64,000 bases of DNA from Malacoraja senta. Its lineage: Eukaryota. The position numbers and the translations under genes are program-made. The notes beneath the pieces are model-generated. The model made no database searches. It was not told where the DNA came from and saw nothing but the letters and a program-made list of their open reading frames with translations. Below, one piece after another: positions 59,101 through 64,000 of this stretch (within the stretch, counting starts at the first letter, position 1; every line of letters starts with the position of its first letter). The stretch is from NCBI GenBank assembly GCA_038087875.1, contig CM075991.1:13518001-13582000 (forward strand). Reading direction: 5' to 3'.

Positions 59101-60917
59101 TTTATTCAGTGGGCATATTGAGGGTTGGAGATAATACAGAAAAGTGGACGTGAACAAATTTGGATCAGCTATGATTTTATTGTAACGACGCATCAGGCTC
59201 GAAGGGCTGAATGAAAGGTTTGCTCTTCTCATAGAGGGTGGCAAATCTCTGGAATTCTCTCCCTTGGTGGGTGGTGGGAGTTGGATCATTGAAAGTATTT
59301 AAAGTGGGGTGTGCAGAAATGAGTTGTGGTTCAAATCCTCCACTTTCTTCTAAAATTAGCTGCATATTTGCTCGTCAAAACTGGTTGATGGTCAGGGAGC
59401 CAGTGGTATAGCAATAATATAACAATGCGATTGCTCATATTTGTGTTCCCTAATTCTGTTTTGTATGGCTTTATCTATTGATCATGTAAGTATTGTAATC
59501 AAGGATCTCATCATCAAGCCCTCCCTCAACAATGACATTGTGTCCTCAGACTATTTTCTGGACTATATATTAACCTATAAATAATTAAGGTCCATTATAA
59601 AACGTTATTTTCTTTTCTCAGTGCCTCCAAGCTAGTATTCCCAAGACTATACCTTCCACGTCCAATTTAGTTTCTCTCTCTTCTGAAGCTACAGTCACTT
59701 TTGGTGCTGTCTGTAATCTCTGGCTTCCTTTGTTGCTATATTCTGGTCATGCTCTTGTTCTGGATTCATTGTTCTTTATATTACCTAGACTGGACACTTT
59801 ACTATATGTACAGTAACGCCTTCACTCTGCCTTCCTGCTTCTCCAGCGATCGACTGGCATTGCTTCAGGTCCGAGCCATTCTGCAACAGTTGGGGCTTGA
59901 GAGCACCTGTGACGACAGCATCATCGTCAAGGAGGTGTGTGGGGTAGTCTCACGTAGAGCGGCTCAACTCTGTGGTATTGGATTGGCGGCAATCGTCGAC
60001 AAGATCAGAGTGAACCGTAACTTGGACAACCTCAAGGTCACTGTCGGAATTGATGGGACGTTGTACAAACTGCATCCGCAGTAAGTCATACTGGAAAAGG
60101 GGTTCTGTGTGCAGATTCCTTGATAGGTCAATCTCAGATTGGGTAAAGCCGCTGCTTGACAGCACCAGACACCCATTTACGATTCTGAACTTCAGTGCTG
60201 TTTACTTGAAGTTTGCACGTTCTCCTTGTCATTGTATGGGCTTCCACTGGGGGCTCAGATTTCCTGCCACATCTGAAAGACATGTGGGTTTGTAGGTTAA
60301 TTGTCCCCCAGTGTGTAGGGAATAGATGCAAAAGTGGGATAACATTGAGCTAGTATGAACGGATAGTCGGCATGGACTCAATGGGCTGAAAGTCCTGTTT
60401 CCATGTGGTATGTTTCAAATCAATTTGTGACACTAACACTTGATCTTAAACTAATATCAGCCACATCCTGGCTTAATGATTTAATTGATGTTCAAAATCA
60501 CAGCTGTTCTCACTTATTCAGTTCCCCAAAAGAAAACATTTGAGATGAGAGTGTAACTTAAATTGTTATGTTATTTCTTAGTATATAAAGCAGATTACAA
60601 TAGTAGGTTGGGAACAAATAGGTTGCATGCTGTAGGTTGGGCACAAATTGAATGTCCATTTAATTCATCCATAAAAGGGATATAGGCTGGAAATACCTGA
60701 GCCCATTTAGTTTTAACATTCATCTTGCAGATTCTTGTTTAACTAATGTATTTTGCTCTTCATTGTTTGCAGCTTCTCTACAATAATGCACGAGACAGTC
60801 GAACGCCTGTCCCCCAAGTGTAAGGTGTTGTTCGTGCAGTCAGAAGATGGCAGTGGCAAGGGAGCGGCTCTGATCACTGCGGTTGCCTGTCGCCTCCGGG
60901 AGGCCGGCCAACACTAA
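19976..60917 (+). CDS. HK2: Hexokinase-2 gene, coding exons 2-18 (exon 1 not in window); 2691 nt spliced = 896 aa + stop
   Basis: 17 exons with GT-AG sites splice in frame. Sizes 163/149/120/96/100/184/156/234/305/149/120/96/100/184/156/234/145 match the vertebrate 100-kDa hexokinase structure. Both halves have [34 protein letters not shown] and [10 protein letters not shown]. The C-terminus [17 protein letters not shown] in exon 6 and RSTPDGT favour HK2 over HK1/HKDC1. Confidence 0.93.
23165..23800 (+). mobile_element. Degenerate CR1 3' fragment with a nested antisense CR1 tail
   Basis: CACTTGGAGTA..GCAGTTC.GGTCACC..AGGAAGGATGTG..GATTCACCAGGAT matches other CR1 copies in the window. Confidence 0.65.
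24064..25890 (+). mobile_element. 5'-truncated Rex1/Babar-clade LINE; RT ORF split by one frameshift near 24790
   Basis: ORFs 24091-24876 and 24839-25606: [61 protein letters not shown] and a (TTA)n tail. Confidence 0.92.
28005..28720 (-). mobile_element. Non-autonomous GC-rich retroelement with a Rex1-like 3' end and internal ~40-45-bp tandem repeats
   Basis: Minus 3' end AATTTCGTTCAGACCGAAAGGTCTGAATGACAATAAAGG with a (TTC)n-like tail; repeats GCCGCCGGAACG..CCGCCACAGCTCTGAAGCC at about 28300-28490; a related copy lies at 30612-30930. Confidence 0.65.
28850..29388 (+). mobile_element. Rex1/Babar-type LINE 3' fragment with (ATCGT)n tail
   Basis: [11 protein letters not shown]...[34 protein letters not shown] then ATCGT repeats. 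Confidence 0.78.
30160..30187 (-). ncRNA. Minimal hammerhead ribozyme motif in a PLE pseudo-LTR
   Basis: Minus strand reads CTGAAGAaGGGTCacGACCTGAAACGTC. Confidence 0.55.
30612..30930 (-). mobile_element. Second copy of the 28005-type non-autonomous element, with (TCTAA)n tail
   Basis: Shares CATCCA.CACAGTGA...CTCCTCACTGTGATGGAAGGCAAA.GTCTT with 28144-28201. Confidence 0.65.
31975..32123 (+). CDS. HK2: HK2 exon 3 ([18 protein letters not shown]...MHGTGTQ)
   Basis: ggcag|AG...CAG|gtggga; 149 nt; phosphate-1 ATP-binding motif. Confidence 0.96.
34416..34543 (+). mobile_element. Short hammerhead-bearing PLE derivative with a 14-bp TSD
   Basis: TSD CCAAAACATTGATC at 34402-34415 and 34544-34557; CTGAAGA 34450-34456, GAAAC-GTT 34470-34477. 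Confidence 0.85.
34896..36847 (+). mobile_element. CR1 LINE 3' half (RT domain to 3' UTR), interrupted by a Penelope insertion
   Basis: [11 protein letters not shown]...ISKFVDDTK...[28 protein letters not shown]; (CTCTATGA) tail. Confidence 0.92.
35740..36699 (-). mobile_element. 5'-truncated Penelope-like element: GIY-YIG endonuclease domain plus pseudo-LTR
   Basis: ORF 35964-36290 [36 protein letters not shown]...[10 protein letters not shown]; 12-bp TSD GTTAGACAGGTA at 35728-35739 and 36700-36711. Confidence 0.92.
37071..37190 (+). CDS. HK2: HK2 exon 4 (LFDHIAKCL...[18 protein letters not shown])
   Basis: tttag|CTG...GAG|gtgagc; 120 nt. Confidence 0.96.
37574..37669 (+). CDS. HK2: HK2 exon 5 ([17 protein letters not shown]...IERRG)
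   Basis: tgcag|AGT...GGG|gtatgt; 96 nt. Confidence 0.96.
37795..37894 (+). CDS. HK2: HK2 exon 6 ([24 protein letters not shown]...GLIV)
   Basis: gacag|GAT...GTTG|gtaggt; 100 nt; N-half catalytic Asp (VND). Confidence 0.96.
38421..38450 (-). ncRNA. Hammerhead-like motif (CTGATGA core, ATT triplet) in a PLE pseudo-LTR
   Basis: Minus strand reads gtCTGATGAaGGGTCtcAACCCGAAACATT. Confidence 0.45.
38489..38629. mobile_element. Foldback PLE pseudo-LTR insertion forming a perfect 41-bp hairpin
   Basis: Arms 38534-38574 and 38589-38629; 16-bp direct repeat CAGTATTAACCTGTTT at 38473-38488 and 38627-38642. Confidence 0.85.
38643..42155 (-). mobile_element. Near-complete CR1 ORF2 (APE endonuclease + RT + 3' UTR), frameshifted and interrupted by a MITE
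   Basis: [88 protein letters not shown] tail. Confidence 0.95.
40982..41635. mobile_element. GC-rich PIF/Harbinger-like MITE inserted in the CR1 endonuclease region
   Basis: Termini AGGCTCTGTCTCACGGTGTTGCGGTCATCGGCGG / CCGCCAATGACCGCAGACTCGTGAGACAGGCCTT; flanks TAA and TTA; internal GGCGGCTGTGGCGGCGGCCGTGCC repeats. Confidence 0.85.
42180..42760 (-). mobile_element. Degenerate CR1 3' fragment
   Basis: [14 protein letters not shown]...LIKMHKIL on the minus strand. Confidence 0.75.
44560..44743 (+). CDS. HK2: HK2 exon 7 ([11 protein letters not shown]...NMEWGAFGD...NPGKQL)
   Basis: ctacag|GT...GCT|gtaagt; 184 nt. Confidence 0.96.
45700..45855 (+). CDS. HK2: HK2 exon 8 ([18 protein letters not shown]...VSAIEK)
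   Basis: ctgcag|G...GAA|gtaagc; 156 nt. Confidence 0.96.
46863..47096 (+). CDS. HK2: HK2 exon 9 (DSDGLQRAH...[13 protein letters not shown])
   Basis: tttcag|G...CCA|gtgaga; 234 nt. Confidence 0.96.
47254..47558 (+). CDS. HK2: HK2 exon 10 (FARRLNKAV...[12 protein letters not shown]...linker helix...[15 protein letters not shown])
   Basis: caacag|G...ACAG|gtacac; 305 nt; joins the N- and C-terminal halves. Confidence 0.96.
48113..48340 (-). mobile_element. CR1 3' fragment abutting the exon 11 acceptor
   Basis: CCCTTCGAGTCTGCTCTGCCATTCGATCATGGCTG...ATTCACCCCTCTCTG..AAATTCCTTCTCATCTC matches CR1 ends at 21495-21700 and 38690-38910. Confidence 0.75.
48354..48502 (+). CDS. HK2: HK2 exon 11 ([18 protein letters not shown]...MEGTGEE)
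   Basis: ttccag|AA...GAG|gtgagc; 149 nt. Confidence 0.96.
48875..49259. mobile_element. hAT-like non-autonomous DNA transposon fragment
   Basis: Starts CAGGGGTGGGGAACCTTTT, a typical hAT terminus; the matching right end is cut after AAGGTT by a G-rich insertion. Confidence 0.5.
49260..49863 (+). mobile_element. Probable Helitron 3' portion with a G-rich low-complexity tract
   Basis: Ends ...CTTGGTCTAG|T, identical to the 3' terminus of the Helitron at 17733; the subterminal hairpin is apparently deleted. Confidence 0.55.
49952..50071 (+). CDS. HK2: HK2 exon 12 ([12 protein letters not shown]...[15 protein letters not shown])
   Basis: aatag|CTC...CAG|gtcagt; 120 nt. Confidence 0.96.
50846..50941 (+). 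CDS. HK2: HK2 exon 13 ([17 protein letters not shown]...ITRRA)
   Basis: ttgcag|GGA...GCG|gtaagg; 96 nt. Confidence 0.96.
51555..51654 (+). CDS. HK2: HK2 exon 14 ([21 protein letters not shown]...GLIV)
   Basis: atccag|GAG...GTAG|gtgagt; 100 nt; C-half catalytic Asp. Confidence 0.96.
52582..53011 (-). mobile_element. PLE 3' fragment (GIY-YIG C-terminus + pseudo-LTR) nested in the Tc1
   Basis: Same sequence as 35940-36150; TSD GTAAATGAAAGTA at 52569-52581 and 53012-53024. Confidence 0.85.
53807..54440 (-). mobile_element. CR1 3' fragment nested in the Tc1 transposase
   Basis: ORF 53899-54393 [13 protein letters not shown]...[22 protein letters not shown] tail; further CR1 scraps on + at 54440-54690. 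Confidence 0.92.
56118..56209 (+). mobile_element. 92-bp hammerhead-bearing mini-PLE with an 11-bp TSD
   Basis: TSD GTACATGGATA at 56107-56117 and 56210-56220; CTGAAGA 56122-56128, GAAAC-GTT 56142-56149. Confidence 0.85.
56884..57067 (+). CDS. HK2: HK2 exon 15 ([11 protein letters not shown]...NMEWGAFGD...GKQR)
   Basis: ctgcag|GA...GAG|gtattt; 184 nt. Confidence 0.96.
57853..57880 (-). ncRNA. Best-preserved minimal hammerhead motif in the window
   Basis: Minus strand reads CTGAAGA-A-GGGTC-tc-GACCC-GAAAC-GTC: perfect stem II and a GUC triplet. Confidence 0.7.
58085..58240 (+). CDS. HK2: HK2 exon 16 ([18 protein letters not shown]...LSQIES)
   Basis: ctccag|A...GAG|gtatgc; 156 nt. Confidence 0.96.
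59847..60080 (+). CDS. HK2: HK2 exon 17 ([12 protein letters not shown]...[13 protein letters not shown])
   Basis: ctccag|C...GCA|gtaagt; 234 nt. Confidence 0.96.
60135..60422 (+). mobile_element. tRNA-derived SINE with a CR1-type 3' tail (HE1-like)
   Basis: tRNA-like head, central GTTTGCACGTTCTCC...GGG..TCC segment and tail GGGCTGAAAGTCCTGTTTCCATG; partial relatives at 7580-7745(-), 27585-27905 and 47690-47850. Confidence 0.65.
60773..60917 (+). CDS. HK2: HK2 exon 18 coding part (FSTIMHETV...[25 protein letters not shown])
   Basis: ttgcag|C; TAA at 60915-60917; 145 nt. Confidence 0.96.
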
Positions 60918-62200
60918 ACGTAAATGAGATGTTTCTGCTCCATCTGCACTAGGAACATCCCCTCCTTTTTTCCAAACCATGTCTCTTAAAAATATTACTG
61001 AGCGCAGTTGAGGTGTGCAGTTTGTACTGTATGTCAGAATGGAATTACAATTGCTGGTGTCATTCTCTTACGCATCAACACTTGGCGAATGAGGGATGCT
61101 GACTAGAAGCTGCTCCCCCTCTCCACCCAGATCTCAGCCTCCTTCATCAAGTCAATACCAATTTCATTTTGACCTTCTCTTTGTAGTGAAGAGCTAAACA
61201 TGATTGTGACTTTGCAGTCACTACTTTTAGCTAAACAGAACTGGTTTTGGGTAATAAGTTATAAATATTTCAGATCTACACTCATTATGAATGGGAAAGG
61301 GGTGGGTGAGGGAACAGTGATAGTGGGAAGTGTGCTCATAGGACCATGTTCTGCATAAGGCAGCTCTGGAGTTTAAGAATAATACAAAGGTAATCTTTTT
61401 GAAAATAATTTGTTTGTAAGGTATGAAATTGTATTTTAGTTCCTGATGATGCACATTGGTTCTGAACATAAATAGCGTCATCGGCAGGTTCAGAAGATGA
61501 GGGACTTTCTTGGATAGACTCTCAAATTACATTCTATCTTCCACATTGTTGCGTCAAACATTGATGGCTAATCGAAGTCGATTGTTAATTAATCTCCCAT
61601 TCTTACTTGTTTTCATTAACAACCTATTGTTTTGAATAGGTTGATTCCAAAGATCATTATGTTCAATAAGTGCAAACATGTGTGGAATCATCCTCAGCTA
61701 GGCACAACTTTCTCTGTTATAACCACAGTATCTTTTCATGTGATTGTAACTGATGCAATGGAACTTCAACTGTGCTTGTGTATGCAGTGAGATATCACTG
61801 ACTCACTTGAGTTTGAGCATTGCACGTTTACAATTCTAGTGCATTGTATTTAAATCCAAAGGATCTCAGCTATACATGTCTTTCATCAGCAATTGATTTC
61901 TTACATTATGATCAACCAGTTTTTTGATTTTTGTTGATGTATTGAAGGCAGTTTTGAATTTCAAGGACTTGATTTACAAAAGGGAGAAAAAAGTATACAT
62001 GTATTTTTGTACCAATGCAAAATCATTGTTAATTCCTTGCATGAACCTGTATGAGGTATGTTATCGAAATATTACCACTGTAGCCAGCAGTTGAGCTTGC
62101 TGAAAACTCATGTAAAGTTTGTACATTGTTGTTAAGTAAATCCTGTTTCTATGTGGCAACTTGGCACAAATAATACTACCCACATGGGAAAGAGGCAATC
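60918..62200 (+). other. HK2: Probable HK2 3' UTR (end uncertain)
   Basis: Repeat-free, AT/TGTA-rich sequence after the stop. No canonical AATAAA was seen; a variant AGTAAA lies near 62135. Confidence 0.45.
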
Positions 62201-63299
62201 CATTAGTCCATTTAAAAACGTGTTAATAATTCCAAAATAGATGTTGTATTTTGTCTGGTGCTGGCTGTGTATATAAAACAAGTGCAGGCAACTGAGGGCA
62301 GTTGAACAGATAGTGATTCAATCCTTGTCAGTTTGAAAACCCTGGTATATTTATTTACCATATAAAGGATATTTCTACAATACAATATGTACAAGAATCT
62401 GTTAGTAGCTATCTAGGAACAAAATTTTAACCACCCACCCATCATTGTCAAAATTCTCTTAAGCTTCTCTGTATAAATGGATCTACACAACTACATTAAA
62501 TTACTATGCAATTGTAGCCGAGGGTTGCAGATTGTGCTTGTGTGCGGAAGGTGATGCCAAGGTACATATTCCCATCTGTATAAAGTGCCCGTTCAGATGT
62601 TAAGTCAGTGAATTCTAAATCTTAACTCGATTGTACAGAAAATGTTATTGGAGATGAAAAGTTCCTTCCACCCACAGTCACTGCTTTTCTTTCTGACCTG
62701 CTGGTCAGCAATCTATGCCCAAAGAAAGTACCACTATTTCAAATTCTTCAAAACAGAGATTGTTTGAAAGAATGAATTGAATTAAATTGAATAAATGTTA
62801 TTTGCCAAGTAGGTATACATACAAGGAATTTACCTTGGTGCTTTGCTCGCGAGTAACAACACGATATACAGTCGACAAGTGAACCGTATCAAAGAAAATG
62901 CATGTACATTTGTACAATGACATCTTCAGGTGGTTTTACTGTTTTTGTATTATTTTGTTCCAAGAATCTTTTCATTGATTTCCTATGGTTGCTTTGTGGA
63001 TAACTTGGAATATTTTATTTTGTTATTTTTTGATTGAGATAAAACTGCCACCTTCTCTGGTTATACCTGTTGGATCCTGAAGAGGGATAAAAAAATCATC
63101 TCTTCAGAATCTGTGCTGGTATCGTGTCACAGGAACATGACAGTGGGGGTGGGGAGGGAGGTTTTCAGTGCCATGATATATCTTTTGAATGCATTGGCAG
63201 TAGTGTTGTTTTGATTGCACCTTTAACCACCGTTAGAATAATGAGTCGAATGCAGGGGCACATAATTAATGCAGAAATAAAAAAGATCTTGAAACCAGT

Positions 63300-64000
63300 G
63301 AATACCAAAATTGTCAAATTTAGTAATACATTATTTAGTGAGAAAAGATAGATTGGGGGGGGGGAAGAGTATTATTCCTTGGATAGAACTATTGTGCAAT
63401 GTAAGGGTAATGCACTTTGGTGAAAAAAGGCAATTGCTTTTAAATTGGGGAGTGATTGAAGATAGTTGTTCCAACACCTGGGTGCTGGAACAACTTTGGA
63501 TACAAATCACTGGAATTTATCATCCAGGTGCAACAAGTAATTACAGATGAAAACAGTTTCTTGCTCGTTTTTGCAAGAGTATTTGATTGCAAGGGCAGAG
63601 TTGTCTGGTTCCAAGTATGTTGGGCATGGGTGATATTGCATCTGGAATACTACGCATGGGTTGATTACCCAAACAGAAATATTCTGACGTAAAGGGAACT
63701 CATCAAATTGATTCCTAGTAGACAATAGGTGCAGGAGTAGGCCATTCGGCCCTTTGAGCCAGCACTGCCATTCAATGTGATCATGGCTGATCAACCACAA
63801 TCAGTACCCCGTTCCTGCCTTCTCCCCATATCCCCTGACAGCTATCTTTAATAGTCCTATCTAACTCTCTATGGAAAGTATCCGGAGAACCGGCCTCCAC
63901 CGCCCTCTGAGGCAGAGAATACCACACTCACAACTCTCTGTGTGAAAAAATGTTTCTTCATCTCCGTTCTAAATGGCTTATCCCTTATTCTTAAACCGTG
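63300..64000. mobile_element. CR1 fragments downstream of HK2 (degenerate + strand piece, then a minus-strand 3' end from 63717)
   Basis: TAGACAATAGGTGCAGGAGTAGGCCATTCGGCCC tail; GCATCTGGAATAC (HLEY) motif. Confidence 0.75.

Noticed and set aside
19976..60917. Assignment as HK1, HKDC1 or two tandem glucokinase-like genes
   Set aside because: Exon 10 joins both halves in one frame; the C-terminus [10 protein letters not shown] and FDIDI fit HK2 best. Phylogeny was not run.

Overview
Vertebrate genomic DNA, probably from a cartilaginous fish (skate/ray-like); this is inferred from the repeat content (CR1 LINEs with CATAGAAA-type tails, CR1-tailed tRNA-SINEs, Penelope remnants). The only host gene is hexokinase-2 (HK2) on the + strand. 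I mapped coding exons 2-18 by hand (19976-60917). All have GT-AG sites and the exon sizes expected for a 100-kDa hexokinase, giving 896 codons plus a stop. Exon 1 (the mitochondrial-binding helix) was not found and probably lies upstream of the window. The introns are densely filled with nested transposons: CR1, Rex1/Babar, L1, RTE, Penelope-like elements (PLE), a Tc1, Helitrons, Harbinger-like MITEs, a hAT fragment and SINEs. The most notable non-genic system is a family of short PLE-derived elements carrying a minimal hammerhead-ribozyme motif (CTGAAGA-stem-GAAAC-GTH). Several copies have their own target-site duplications (TSDs), some form perfect hairpins or tandem arrays, and two hit the same site in CR1 3' ends. 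Also notable are two MITEs whose 3-bp TSDs mismatch at the centre, a ChoRE/HRE-like element in intron 1, a CR1-derived splice-acceptor region, and a changed Akt motif in the HK2 linker. No database searches were run, so family names rest on motif recognition.
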